Part shown: positions 23,329-33,105 of the stretch, in pieces
How the letters are laid out: each line of letters opens with the position of its first letter
Position numbering within the stretch: position 1 is the first letter of the stretch
Assembly (NCBI GenBank): GCA_949292105.1
Contig: CASEYK010000016.1
Coordinates: forward strand, 9,256 to 73,255
Direction of reading: 5' to 3'
DNA: 64,000 nt
Source: an uncultured bacterium
Lineage (GTDB): Bacteria; Bacillota_I; Bacilli_A; RFN20; CAG-826
Position numbers and translations under genes: made by a program
The notes under the pieces: model-generated
Database searches by the model: none
The model's input: only the letters and a program-made list of their open reading frames with translations
Told to the model about the DNA's origin: nothing

Positions 23329-23958
23329 ATGGAAGAAGAAAAAAAGGAACTCGCCACACCAAACGCTGTGGAAGAAACCAAACCATCAACTGAATCCGCT
23401 CCAAATGGTGAAGCGGGTCAAAGACGTCATCCTCGTGGTGATCGCAAAGGACCACGACGCGACAAGCGTGAACGTGCTCCTCGCGAAGAAGTCAAAGAAT
23501 TTGAAGAAAGAGTCGTCTATATCAATCGCGTCTCAAAAACCGTCAAAGGTGGTCGACGCATGAAATTTACCGCCCTCGTCGTTATCGGCGACCGCAAAGG
23601 TCGATATGGTTTTGCTCTTTCCAAAGCTGCTGAAGTCCCTGACGCCATTAAAAAGGCCACTGAAGCTGCTAAAAAGAATCTTCATACTATCAAATTGAGC
23701 AAAGGTGCAACCCTTTCCCATGAAGTCATCGGTAAATATGGTGCATGTAATGTTTATCTCAAACCTGCTCCAGAAGGTACTGGTGTGGTCGCAGGAGGAC
23801 CTGTCCGTGCAATCCTTGAACTCGCTGGCGTGCAAAATGTCTGTTCTAAAGTTTATGGATCACGTGCTCCAATCAACGTTATTCGTGCGACCAATGAGGG
23901 CTTGTCACGTCTAAAGAGTTATAAGGATGTTAAAGCTCTTCGTAGTCAAGAACAATAA
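23329..23958 (+). CDS. rpsE: 30S ribosomal protein S5 with N-terminal extension
   Basis: [24 protein letters not shown]. Confidence 0.98.
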   Translation: MEEEKKELATPNAVEETKPSTESAPNGEAGQRRHPRGDRKGPRRDKRERAPREEVKEFEERVVYINRVSKTVKGGRRMKFTALVVIGDRKGRYGFALSKAAEVPDAIKKATEAAKKNLHTIKLSKGATLSHEVIGKYGACNVYLKPAPEGTGVVAGGPVRAILELAGVQNVCSKVYGSRAPINVIRATNEGLSRLKSYKDVKALRSQEQ

Positions 23959-24005
23959 CATTGATTACAATAAATAATATGTTTAAGTAGGGAGGTGCAC
24001 ACGAA

Positions 24006-24446
24006 ATGAAATTGCATGAACTTCAAGCGAGCGAAGGCGCGCGCCGCGATAATTTCCGCAAAGGGCGTGGAATCGGATCTGGAAACGGCAAAACAGCCGG
24101 TAAAGGTCACAAAGGTCAAAATGCCCGTAGTGGCGGCGGCGTTCCATTAGGATTTGAAGGTGGCCAAATGCCATACTTTAGAAGAATTCCAAAACGTGGA
24201 TTTAAAAATGCCAATCGCGTCGTCTATGCAACCGTTAATGTGTCTTCGTTAAATCGTTTTGACGATGGCACACTCATCACCCCAGCATTATTAAAAGAAA
24301 CTGGTTTATTAACCAAGGAATATGATGGATTAAAAATTTTAGGAAACGGAACTTTAGAGAAAAAGTTAACTGTTCAAGCTAATAAATTCTCTAAGTCTGC
24401 TGAAAAAGCCATCGTCGATGCTGGCGGAACAGTTGAGGTCATTTAA
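24006..24446 (+). CDS. rplO: 50S ribosomal protein L15
   Basis: [31 protein letters not shown]. Confidence 0.98.
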   Translation: MKLHELQASEGARRDNFRKGRGIGSGNGKTAGKGHKGQNARSGGGVPLGFEGGQMPYFRRIPKRGFKNANRVVYATVNVSSLNRFDDGTLITPALLKETGLLTKEYDGLKILGNGTLEKKLTVQANKFSKSAEKAIVDAGGTVEVI

Positions 24447-24448
24447 GT

Positions 24449-25813
24449 ATGAAGAAACTAGGCGCTATCTTAAAAAATAAAGAAATCATGGATCGTTTAC
24501 TTTTTACGATCATGATTCTTCTCGTCTTCCGTATCGGCGCACAAATTACTGTGCCTGGTGTGACACTAAGTAGCGATCTAAAAGAATATTTGAACTCAAA
24601 CAATGCTTTGAGTTTGATGAACTTACTAGGTGGTGGAACGCTTCAAACATTCTCCATCTTCGCTCTTGGGGTTTCTCCATATATTACTTCACAAATTATT
24701 ATTCAACTTCTTTCAACTGATGTCTTGCCTGCTCTATCAGAGTTAAAACGACAAGGGCAGTATGGTCGAAAGAAAATTGAATTAGCCACTCGTTATCTAA
24801 CATTGATGATTGGTGCTGTACAAGCGTATGGCGTTATTCAAACAATGCAAAATAGTTCGTATATCACCTTTGAAACAGGTTCGTATGAGTGGTTGACATA
24901 TACTTATGTCGTCGTCGTTATGCTCGCTGGATCACTTCTTGTTATGTGGTTAGGCGACCAAATCTCATCAAAAGGTATTGGAAATGGTATCTCCATGATT
25001 ATCTTCGCCGGTATTGTCTCATCCTTGCCGACACAGATTTATCAAGCTTACGCCACTTGGGTTGGAACAGCTCAAGGTACTGGCAATGAGCTCGCTGGAA
25101 TCTTCCAATTTGTCCTTTATATCTTGTGTTATTTGGCCATTATTTCTTTTGTTACTTTCATCGAAATGTCCAAAAGAAAAATTCCTGTTCAACACTCAGG
25201 CAAAAGTGGTGGTCAAACTCAAAGTATGGCGAGAGCATCGTTCTTGCCTATTAAGATTAACTCCGCTGGTGTCATTCCTGTCATCTTTGCCAGTTCAATC
25301 TTAATGGTGCCAAGCGTGATTGTCGCCTTTGTTGATCCGTCAGCATCAGACGCTTCTTGGCTCGGTATCTTTAATACCTCAACGCTCTTTGAAATGCCAG
25401 GCGTCAACGGAACGAGTTGGTATATGCCTTGGGGACTGATTATCTATATCGTTCTCACTGTCTTATTTACCTTCTTCTATTCTAATTTACAAATCAACCC
25501 GCAACAGCTGGCTGAAAACTTCCAAAAGAATGGAAGTTATATTCCTGGTATCAAACCAGGTAACGAAACTGAAAGGTATGTGCGCAAAGTGCTCAATCGC
25601 GTTACCGTTATTGGCGCTGCTGCCCTCGCCTTTATTGCCGCTTTGCCAGCTATTCTCACCATGTCAGGCATTTTTGGTTCGAACCAATCGCTTGCTCTTG
25701 GCGGAACTGGTATGATTATCGTTGTCGGTGTTGCATTAGAACTCAATAGCCAAATCGATGGTTTGCTCGCTGGTAAATCATTTGATGAAGTTGTTGCTGG
25801 TGGAGGTCGCTAA
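24449..25813 (+). CDS. secY: Preprotein translocase subunit SecY
   Basis: FSIFALGVSPYITSQII, GIGNGISMIIFAG, IPGIKPG; about 10 TM helices. Confidence 0.98.
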   Translation: MKKLGAILKNKEIMDRLLFTIMILLVFRIGAQITVPGVTLSSDLKEYLNSNNALSLMNLLGGGTLQTFSIFALGVSPYITSQIIIQLLSTDVLPALSELKRQGQYGRKKIELATRYLTLMIGAVQAYGVIQTMQNSSYITFETGSYEWLTYTYVVVVMLAGSLLVMWLGDQISSKGIGNGISMIIFAGIVSSLPTQIYQAYATWVGTAQGTGNELAGIFQFVLYILCYLAIISFVTFIEMSKRKIPVQHSGKSGGQTQSMARASFLPIKINSAGVIPVIFASSILMVPSVIVAFVDPSASDASWLGIFNTSTLFEMPGVNGTSWYMPWGLIIYIVLTVLFTFFYSNLQINPQQLAENFQKNGSYIPGIKPGNETERYVRKVLNRVTVIGAAALAFIAALPAILTMSGIFGSNQSLALGGTGMIIVVGVALELNSQIDGLLAGKSFDEVVAGGGR

Positions 25814-25815
25814 TT

Positions 25816-26466
25816 ATGAAGAAAAACATTATTTTAATGGGCCCACCTGGAGCAGGTAAGGGCACAGCTGCTAAACAGCTTCAGACCGCCTTCAATCTCG
25901 TCCATATTTCGACTGGAGATATGTTTCGAGAAGCAATGAAGGAAGGAACTGAGCTTGGCAAATTAGCTAAAACATTCATTGAAAAAGGCGACCTTGTCCC
26001 CGATGATGTCACAATTGGTATTGTTCGTGAGAGATTGAGCAAACCCGATTGTGCTAATGGCTATTTGCTCGATGGTTTTCCTCGCACTTTAGTTCAAGCT
26101 GAAGCGCTAGAGAAATTATCGAAAGAAATTGGTCGTCCAATTGATACAGTCATCAATTTGGATTGCAATCAAGAAGAACTTATTAGGCGCATTTCTGGAC
26201 GTCGCGTCTGCAAAGTGTGTGGCACTCCATATCATGTCGTTACGATGAAACCAAAAGTCGAAGGCGTTTGTGATCATTGCGGTGGCCCTCTCTACCAAAG
26301 ACCAGACGATAACGAAGAGGCATTAAAAGTTCGTTTACATCACTATGTCGAAAGCACAAAACCGCTTCTCGATTATTATGAGAAATTAGGCTTGTTGAAA
26401 AATTTCAACTCGCTCGTTGGTGCTACGACATTATTCGATGAAATTTCGCAGTATTTAAAAGCGTAA
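25816..26466 (+). CDS. adk: Adenylate kinase (Zn-lid type)
   Basis: GPPGAGKGT, LDGFPR, lid CKVC...CDHC. Confidence 0.98.
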   Translation: MKKNIILMGPPGAGKGTAAKQLQTAFNLVHISTGDMFREAMKEGTELGKLAKTFIEKGDLVPDDVTIGIVRERLSKPDCANGYLLDGFPRTLVQAEALEKLSKEIGRPIDTVINLDCNQEELIRRISGRRVCKVCGTPYHVVTMKPKVEGVCDHCGGPLYQRPDDNEEALKVRLHHYVESTKPLLDYYEKLGLLKNFNSLVGATTLFDEISQYLKA

Positions 26467-26469
26467 GAT

Positions 26470-27231
26470 ATGATTATTATCAAATCGAAACGTGAAATTG
26501 ATCTGATGCGTGTGGCGGGACAAGTGGTCGCTCTAGTTTTTAAAGAATTAGAACCGCTTTGCCGCCCAGGCGTCAGCACTGAATATTTATCCGAAAAAGC
26601 GGAAGAAATAATTAGAGCTCATGATTGTCTTCCAACATTTAAAGGATATTATGGATTCCCTGGCGCGGTGTGTATCTCGCTTAATGATACGCTCGTCCAT
26701 GGTATTCCTAGCAAACACATCATCTTGAAAGAAGGCGACATAGTCTCCATCGATGTGGGGGCGACCTATAAAGGATATGTCGCTGATGCTTGCCGAACAT
26801 TTGGAGTTGGTGAAATTAAAGATAATGCTCGCCGCTTGGTCGAAGTGACTAAGCAGAGCTTCTTCGAAGGCGTCAAACTTGTCAAACCAGGCGTGCATCT
26901 TGGTGATGTGAGTCACGCTATTCAAGCATACTGCGAAGCACATGGATATTCCTTGCCACGCGATTATACTGGGCATGGAGTGGGTGCTCATCTACATGAG
27001 GATCCAAGTATTCCAAACTATGGCAAAGCTGGAACTGGGCCAATATTACAAGAAGGCATGGGGCTAGCTATCGAGCCGATGGTTGCAGAGGGTCGACATC
27101 AAACGCGCGTCCTTCCCGATGAATGGACGGTAAAAATGAGAGATGGAAAACTTTCTGCTCATTATGAAAATACAATCGTCGTCACAAGCGACGGATATGA
27201 AATCTTAACCATGTATGAGGGGGAAGAATAG
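26470..27231 (+). CDS. map: Methionine aminopeptidase type I
   Basis: VHGIP, GHGVG..LHEDP, AIEPM, SAHYENT. Confidence 0.98.
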   Translation: MIIIKSKREIDLMRVAGQVVALVFKELEPLCRPGVSTEYLSEKAEEIIRAHDCLPTFKGYYGFPGAVCISLNDTLVHGIPSKHIILKEGDIVSIDVGATYKGYVADACRTFGVGEIKDNARRLVEVTKQSFFEGVKLVKPGVHLGDVSHAIQAYCEAHGYSLPRDYTGHGVGAHLHEDPSIPNYGKAGTGPILQEGMGLAIEPMVAEGRHQTRVLPDEWTVKMRDGKLSAHYENTIVVTSDGYEILTMYEGEE

Positions 27232-27233
27232 AC

Positions 27234-27452
27234 ATGTCAAAACAAGATGTCATCGAAGTTCAGGCGGTCGTTGTCGAGAATTTGCCCAACGCGATGTTCA
27301 AGGTAAAACTCGAAAACGGCGTCGTAATTCTGGCCACCGTTTCTGGAAAAATCCGAATGAACTACATTCGCATCCTTCCAGGTGATAGAGTTACGGTTGA
27401 AGTCTCGCCTTATGATTTAACACGGGGCCGCATAACTTTCCGTTTCAAATAG
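27234..27452 (+). CDS. infA: Translation initiation factor IF-1
   Basis: [25 protein letters not shown]. Confidence 0.98.
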   Translation: MSKQDVIEVQAVVVENLPNAMFKVKLENGVVILATVSGKIRMNYIRILPGDRVTVEVSPYDLTRGRITFRFK

Positions 27453-27483
27453 AAACAGGAATTATTAGGAGGAAAAAAACTTT

Positions 27484-27597
27484 ATGAAAGTCAGACCTTC
27501 AGTCAAACCTATTTGCTCTAAGTGCAAGGTTATTCGCCGCCATGGCAAAGTCATGGTCATCTGCAGCGATCCAAAGCACAAGCAAAGACAAGGTTAA
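27484..27597 (+). CDS. rpmJ: 50S ribosomal protein L36, 37 aa (absent from ORF track)
   Basis: [37 protein letters not shown]; SD AGGAGG. Confidence 0.97.
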   Translation: MKVRPSVKPICSKCKVIRRHGKVMVICSDPKHKQRQG

Positions 27598-27616
27598 TTA
27601 AGGAGGAAAATCGAAT

Positions 27617-27994
27617 ATGGCACGTATTGTTGGTGTTGATATTCCAAACGATAAGCCAGTTGGCATTTCCATTACTTATATTTATGGTATCGGACGCCCA
27701 ACTGCTCTTAAAATTTGCGAAGCCGCAAAAGTTGATGCTGGGCTTCGCGTCAAAGATTTAAGCGATGATCAATTCAACGCTATCCGTAGCGAAATCGCCA
27801 AATACAAAACCGAAGGTGATTTAAGAAGAGAAGTCGCCTTAAACATCAAGCGTCTTAGCGAAATCGGTTGCTACCGAGGCCTAAGACACCGCAAAGGTCT
27901 TCCTGTGCGTGGACAAAGAACCAAAACCAACGCCCGCACTCGCAAGGGACCAAAAAAGACTATTGCCAATAAGAAAGCGGCACCTAAAGGTTAA
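27617..27994 (+). CDS. rpsM: 30S ribosomal protein S13
   Basis: [32 protein letters not shown]. Confidence 0.98.
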   Translation: MARIVGVDIPNDKPVGISITYIYGIGRPTALKICEAAKVDAGLRVKDLSDDQFNAIRSEIAKYKTEGDLRREVALNIKRLSEIGCYRGLRHRKGLPVRGQRTKTNARTRKGPKKTIANKKAAPKG

Positions 27995-28012
27995 TGAAAG
28001 GAGAATAAATGT

Positions 28013-28402
28013 ATGGCAACTAAAACAACAACTCGTAAGAAAAAAGTCAAACGCTCCTATACCAGAGGTGTGGCTCACATCCACTCAACATTTAATAACA
28101 CCATTGTCACCATCACTGATGAACAAGGCAATGTTATCGCTTGGAGCAGCGCTGGTGCGCTAGGCTTCAAAGGCGCGAAAAAATCGACTCCTTTTGCCGC
28201 TCAACAAGCTGCAGAAGCAGCTGGTAAAAATGCTTACGATCAGGGCATTCGTACCGTCGATGTCGATGTCAAAGGTCCAGGACCAGGTCGCGAAGGCGCT
28301 ATCCGTTCATTAAGCGTTAGTGGTCTTCAAGTGTTATCAATCACTGATAGCACCCCAATTCCTCATAACGGCTGTCGTCCACCAAAACGCCCACGTGGTT
28401 AA
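28013..28402 (+). CDS. rpsK: 30S ribosomal protein S11
   Basis: [30 protein letters not shown]. Confidence 0.98.
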   Translation: MATKTTTRKKKVKRSYTRGVAHIHSTFNNTIVTITDEQGNVIAWSSAGALGFKGAKKSTPFAAQQAAEAAGKNAYDQGIRTVDVDVKGPGPGREGAIRSLSVSGLQVLSITDSTPIPHNGCRPPKRPRG

Positions 28403-28419
28403 TTTAAGGAGGAAAAACG

Positions 28420-29397
28420 ATGAAAATTGCAAATCCATTTGAACAATTCAACATCACAAGTGCCGATTATGATGGCAATGAAAACTATGGTCGATTTGTA
28501 ATCGAACCATTAGAGAGAGGATTTGGTTTAACCGTTGGTAATGCCCTTCGCCGCGTTCTTCTTTCCGCCCTCCCAGGCGCAAGCATGTACGCCATCGAAA
28601 TCGAAGGCGCACGCCACGAGTTCAGCGCCCTTCCCGGCATTGAAGAAGATATTACACAAATCATTCTCAATCTCAAAGATTTAGTTCTTAAAATCGATGG
28701 TGTTGATGAAGAAAAACTTGAGAACAAAAGATTAACAATTCATGTCCATGGACCAAAAGTGGTGACAGCCGCCGATATCGAATGTCCATTCGGTGTTGAG
28801 GTTATTAATAAAGATCTCGTCATCGCTCACATTACTGAAACCGGTGAATTAAACGCCACTTTACATGTCCGCAATGGCCGTGGATACATCACTGGCGAAC
28901 AAAATAAAGTGCTTCGTCCTAACTTGCCTCTCGGTGTAATTTCGACCGATAGCAATTACTCGCCAGTACGCAAAGCCAATTATACCGTTGAAGCAACTCG
29001 TGTCGGTCACGATTCACGCTTTGACAAATTAACGCTTGAGGTTTGGACTAATGGTTCATTACTTCCTCAAGATGCAGTCGCGATGGCGGCCAAAATCCTC
29101 ATCGATCACTTCTCTAAATTTGTTAATTTGAGCGAAATTACTCGCGATATCAACATTGAAAAAGATGATGTGGTGGAAGAAGAAAACAAATATGAAAATA
29201 TTCAGATTGAAGAACTCGACTTATCAGTTAGAAGTTATAACTGTTTAAAAAGAGCTGCAATTAACACTGTCATGGAATTAACTGAAAAAACTGAAGAAGA
29301 CATGATGAAGTATAAAAATCTCGGTAAAAAATCCTTAAAGGAAATCAAAGAGAAATTAGCGGAAATCGGTCTTTCGTTCAAGGAATACGATGAATAA
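28420..29397 (+). CDS. rpoA: DNA-directed RNA polymerase subunit alpha
   Basis: EPLERGFGLTVGNALRRVLLS, LSVRSYNCLKRA, NLGKKS. Confidence 0.98.
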   Translation: MKIANPFEQFNITSADYDGNENYGRFVIEPLERGFGLTVGNALRRVLLSALPGASMYAIEIEGARHEFSALPGIEEDITQIILNLKDLVLKIDGVDEEKLENKRLTIHVHGPKVVTAADIECPFGVEVINKDLVIAHITETGELNATLHVRNGRGYITGEQNKVLRPNLPLGVISTDSNYSPVRKANYTVEATRVGHDSRFDKLTLEVWTNGSLLPQDAVAMAAKILIDHFSKFVNLSEITRDINIEKDDVVEEENKYENIQIEELDLSVRSYNCLKRAAINTVMELTEKTEEDMMKYKNLGKKSLKEIKEKLAEIGLSFKEYDE

Positions 29398-29410
29398 GGA
29401 GGAATAAAAC

Positions 29411-29818
29411 ATGCCAGCACAAGGAAGAAAAAATGTTCATGGTAAAACCGGCGTTCGTTTTAAAGCCGCTTATACCAAAAGCAAATATGAAAATATGCTT
29501 CGCAACGTTGTTAGTGATCTCATTATTCACGGTTCTATCAAAGTGACAGAAGCGGTCGCTACTGATGTTGTCAAAGAAGCTGATCGTTTAGTGACATTGA
29601 CCAAGAAAGAAGATGTTGTTAACGCTAAACGCCAAGCCGCCGCCTTTGTTCGACGCGTTTATCGTGACGAAGAAAAGAAAGTCTCGGCTCTCGATGTTTT
29701 ATTCAATGAAATCGGGCCAAAGATGAAAGGTCGTTCAGGTGGCTATACGAGAACTCTTCGCCTCGGCAATCGCCGCGGTGACGATGCTCCAATCGTCCTG
29801 CTCACCTGGGTTGAATAA
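29411..29818 (+). CDS. rplQ: 50S ribosomal protein L17 (divergent)
   Basis: MLRN, RSGGYTR, RRGDDAP; follows rpoA. Confidence 0.93.
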   Translation: MPAQGRKNVHGKTGVRFKAAYTKSKYENMLRNVVSDLIIHGSIKVTEAVATDVVKEADRLVTLTKKEDVVNAKRQAAAFVRRVYRDEEKKVSALDVLFNEIGPKMKGRSGGYTRTLRLGNRRGDDAPIVLLTWVE

Positions 29819-29841
29819 TCCAAAAGTTAATTAAAAGTAAA

Positions 29842-29876
29842 GGTCGCTTGTTAAAAAAATAACAGGCGACTTTTTT
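29842..29876 (+). terminator. Terminator of the S10-spc-alpha superoperon
   Basis: GTCGCTTGTTA/TAACAGGCGAC stem plus TTTTTT. Confidence 0.85.
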
Positions 29877-29877
29877 C

Positions 29878-29909
29878 TTACTATCAAAATAGTAAAAAAA
29901 TGATATACT
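29878..29909 (+). promoter_or_regulatory. preTA promoter with 7-4-7 palindromic operator candidate
   Basis: TTACTAT-CAAA-ATAGTAA (29878-29895) over the -35 zone; extended -10 TGATATACT (29901-29909). Confidence 0.55.
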
Positions 29910-29942
29910 TAAAGCGAACATAAATTACCGCGGAGGTTAATC

Positions 29943-31169
29943 ATGAAAAAAGATTATTTGCAAGAGTATAAGGACGGATATACTTCTTTTTTAGTCAAAG
30001 AAGAAGCTAGTCGCTGTCTTTTATGCTTGGATGCTCCTTGTTCAAAGGCGTGTCCAGCTGGCACTGATCCTGCAAAATTTATTCGTTCTGTTCGCTTCTT
30101 AAATGTCAAAGGAGCAGCGGAAACAGTCCGCACGAATAATATTTTAGGCTCGATTTGTGCTCGCGTTTGTCCGACTGAAAGATATTGTCAACTCGGATGC
30201 TCAAGAAGTGGAATTGATAAACCGATCGATATCGGTCGCATTCAAAGGTATATCACCGATTTTGAATCAGCCACCAAAATGAAAATTTTAGAGAAAAAAC
30301 CGGATAACGGCAAGAAAGTGGCTGTTATTGGCAGTGGTCCTGGTGGTCTTTCCATCGCCGGTCTATTAGCGATGGACGGATATCGCGTTAAGGTTTATGA
30401 AAAAGATGAAAAGGTCGGTGGCTATTTGCGATATGGTATTCCTGAATATCGCCTTCCAACTCGAGTTATCGATGAAGAAGTGAAGCGTATCGAAGATTTA
30501 GGTGTTGAATTTATTACTAAATGCCATGTTGGTAAAGATGTTGCTTTATCGACCATTCAGTTAGAGAATGATGCTGTTGTGCTCGCTGTCGGCATGAGCA
30601 AAGGCAAAATGCTCAAAATGTTTGAAAACAATCCACATGTTGTTACTGCTGTCGATTTGTTGAAACAAATTAAAGATCGACGTGGCGATGTCAAACTTCC
30701 AAAACATGTTTTGGTCATCGGTGGTGGAGATGTCGCTATGGATGTTACAACTTCGCTCAAACTCTTGGGCGTTGAAAATGTCAGCGATGTTGTCTATGAA
30801 GAACTCAAAGAATTCAAAGCGAGTCGCGAAGAGAAAGAAACTGCGCAAAAAAACAATGTTTCAATCATTGATGGCTATGTTCCTGTTTCTGTCGAGAACA
30901 ATATCGTGACATTTAAACATCGAGTAATTAATTCGACTATTCAAATTCAAGCTGATTTAATTGTTTTAGCTGTCGGCCAAGAAGTTGAGAGCGAAGGCTT
31001 AAATGTTGAATTTGAAAAAGGTGAAGTTAAAGAAAAATCATATCGCATCAATGGGTCGAATCTCTTTTATGTTGGAGATATTTCTCACAATGAGAAGACA
31101 GTTGTTTATGCGGTGAGAAGCGCTAAAGAAGTGGCTTACGCTGTCAAAACATATTTAGGAGGCAAATAA
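29943..31169 (+). CDS. preT: NAD-dependent dihydropyrimidine dehydrogenase subunit PreT (GltD-like)
   Basis: [46 protein letters not shown]; adjacent to preA. Confidence 0.88.
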   Translation: MKKDYLQEYKDGYTSFLVKEEASRCLLCLDAPCSKACPAGTDPAKFIRSVRFLNVKGAAETVRTNNILGSICARVCPTERYCQLGCSRSGIDKPIDIGRIQRYITDFESATKMKILEKKPDNGKKVAVIGSGPGGLSIAGLLAMDGYRVKVYEKDEKVGGYLRYGIPEYRLPTRVIDEEVKRIEDLGVEFITKCHVGKDVALSTIQLENDAVVLAVGMSKGKMLKMFENNPHVVTAVDLLKQIKDRRGDVKLPKHVLVIGGGDVAMDVTTSLKLLGVENVSDVVYEELKEFKASREEKETAQKNNVSIIDGYVPVSVENNIVTFKHRVINSTIQIQADLIVLAVGQEVESEGLNVEFEKGEVKEKSYRINGSNLFYVGDISHNEKTVVYAVRSAKEVAYAVKTYLGGK

Positions 31170-31170
31170 G

Positions 31171-32418
31171 ATGGTCAAGAAAGATTTATCTATTACTTTT
31201 ATGGGAGTAAAATTCCCCAATCCATTTTGCTTAAGCGCCTCGCCTGTTGGCAATTGCTACGATATGTGTGCAAAAGCATACGATTTAGGCTGGGGTGGCG
31301 TCGTTTTTAAAACCATTGGATTTTTTATTGCCGATGAAGTTTCGCCTCGTTTTGATACCCTTTCAAAAGAAGCAGAGCCATTTGTTGGTTTTAAGAATAT
31401 GGAACAAATAGCAGAGCATCCTCTTAAAGACAATTTGGCTGACATCAAGCGTTTGAAACAAAATTATCCTGACCGTGTTCTTATTTCATCAATTATGGGT
31501 GCAAATGAGAAAGAGTGGGAAGAATTAGCTAGACTTTCAGAAGAAGCAGGTGCGGATATGTTGGAACTCAACTTCTCCTGCCCTCAGATGACTTCTCACG
31601 CCATGGGAAGCGATGTTGGTACTTCTCCTGAATTATGTGAAAAATATTGCCGCGCAGTCCGACGAGGATCAAAATTGCCGTTTATGGCGAAAATGACACC
31701 TAATGTCACCGATATGTGTCCTGTTGCTATCGCGTCGATGCGCGGTGGAGCAAATGGCATCGCCGCAATTAATACAGTCAAATCGATTTGTAATATTGAT
31801 TTAGATAAAAAGATTGGCCTTCCAATCATCAATGGCAAATCATCGATTTCTGGATATTCTGGCAAAGCCATCAAACCTATCGCATTACGCTTTATTCAAC
31901 AAATGAAACAAAATCCAGAATTAAAAGATGTCGAGATTTCAGGCATCGGTGGAATTGAAACTTGGATTGATGCCGCTGAATTTATTTTGCTCGGCTGTAA
32001 AACACTGCAAGTGACAACTGGCATTATGCAGTATGGATACCGCATTGTCGAAGATATGAAAAACGGCCTTATGCACTATATGGAAGAACAAGGCGTTGAT
32101 CATCTTGAAGACTTAGTTGGCCTTGCTAATAAAAATATTATTCCAGCGGAAGAATTGGACCGCGATTATAAAATTTATCCATCTATTGATCTCGATAAAT
32201 GTGTCGGCTGCGGGCGATGTGTTATTTCATGCTATGACGGTGCTCACCAAGCGATGGAGTGGGATGAAGAAAAGAGAAAACCACACTGCAATGAAGACAA
32301 ATGTGTTGGCTGTTTGCTCTGCGGCCATGTCTGTCCAGTCAGCGCAATTACAAAAGGTAAAATTGTTTTTAAACCAGGCCGAGATAAAAACCGCCACATC
32401 AAAGATTTAATTGTTTAA
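31171..32418 (+). CDS. preA: NAD-dependent dihydropyrimidine dehydrogenase subunit PreA
   Basis: [34 protein letters not shown], two C-terminal 4Fe-4S motifs. Confidence 0.93.
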   Translation: MVKKDLSITFMGVKFPNPFCLSASPVGNCYDMCAKAYDLGWGGVVFKTIGFFIADEVSPRFDTLSKEAEPFVGFKNMEQIAEHPLKDNLADIKRLKQNYPDRVLISSIMGANEKEWEELARLSEEAGADMLELNFSCPQMTSHAMGSDVGTSPELCEKYCRAVRRGSKLPFMAKMTPNVTDMCPVAIASMRGGANGIAAINTVKSICNIDLDKKIGLPIINGKSSISGYSGKAIKPIALRFIQQMKQNPELKDVEISGIGGIETWIDAAEFILLGCKTLQVTTGIMQYGYRIVEDMKNGLMHYMEEQGVDHLEDLVGLANKNIIPAEELDRDYKIYPSIDLDKCVGCGRCVISCYDGAHQAMEWDEEKRKPHCNEDKCVGCLLCGHVCPVSAITKGKIVFKPGRDKNRHIKDLIV

Positions 32419-32436
32419 TCTCATCAAAAACTGTGC

Positions 32437-32482
32437 AAAAACCCTCCAAAATTGTTGAAATTGGAGGGTTTTTATTTTTTTT
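32437..32482 (+). terminator. Intrinsic terminator after preA
   Basis: AAAAACCCTCCAA/TTGGAGGGTTTTT 13-bp stem followed by a T-run. Confidence 0.85.
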
Positions 32483-32550
32483 CGACGATGAAATTAATAA
32501 AAAATGTCTTTATCCTTTTTATACATCCAGTATAAAGTCTTGACAATTTA

Positions 32551-32598
32551 TTGATAAAAAAAGCAAAAAAAACTAAAATAGTTTTGTTATATACAAAA
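32551..32598 (+). promoter_or_regulatory. Hydrogenase operon promoter with inverted repeat at the start site
   Basis: TTGATA-17 bp-TAAAAT (32551-32579); TTTTGT-TATAT-ACAAAA (32582-32598). Confidence 0.5.
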
Positions 32599-32613
32599 TT
32601 GTAAGGAGAAAAT

Positions 32614-33105
32614 ATGGCTCATTTGCAACCTCAATCGGCAAAACGCATTGCCGAAATCGTCTACCGTCATAAAGATGAACCAACCCCTTTAATGGTAATC
32701 CTTTCAGAGATTCAAGGTGAGTTTGGATATATTCCTCTTGAAGTTCAAGAACTCGTATCCTCCCTCATCGATGTTCCTGTTTCGGAAATTTATGGCGTTG
32801 TTACATTCTATTCTTTCTTCTCGTTGGCACCAAAGGGCAAATATGTCATTGGTGTGTGCCTTGGCACAGCTTGCTATGTAAAAAATTCACAAGCTGTTTT
32901 GGACAAATTTGGAGAAATTCTTGGTATTGAACCAGGACAATCGACTGATGATGGCTTGTTTACGCTCGATATTCTTCGTTGCGTCGGCGCGTGCGCATTG
33001 GCTCCAGCTGTTTCTATTAACGGCAAAGTGTATCCGATGGTGGATCCGTCTCAGTGTGAAAGCATCGTCCGCGAATATCGAACAAAGGAGGCTAGTAATC
33101 AATGA
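32614..33105 (+). CDS. hydC: [FeFe]-hydrogenase HydC (NuoE-like 2Fe-2S subunit)
   Basis: YGVVTFYSFF, CLGTAC, CVGAC. Confidence 0.92.
   Translation: MAHLQPQSAKRIAEIVYRHKDEPTPLMVILSEIQGEFGYIPLEVQELVSSLIDVPVSEIYGVVTFYSFFSLAPKGKYVIGVCLGTACYVKNSQAVLDKFGEILGIEPGQSTDDGLFTLDILRCVGACALAPAVSINGKVYPMVDPSQCESIVREYRTKEASNQ

Noticed and set aside
14701-29420. Numerous 60-135 aa antisense and alternate-frame ORFs over the ribosomal operon (also 47978-48571 minus)
   Set aside because: Shadows of strongly conserved + strand genes; no SD or motifs.
29848-29865. Rex-box-like TTGTTAA-N4-ATAACAG upstream of preTA
   Set aside because: It is the inner stem-loop of the rplQ terminator, which already explains the symmetry, and it lies upstream of the predicted -35.
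32540-32557. Possible Rex site TTGACAA-N4-TTGATAA at the hydrogenase promoter
   Set aside because: Only about 10/14 match and more like a direct repeat of -35-like hexamers; too weak to call.
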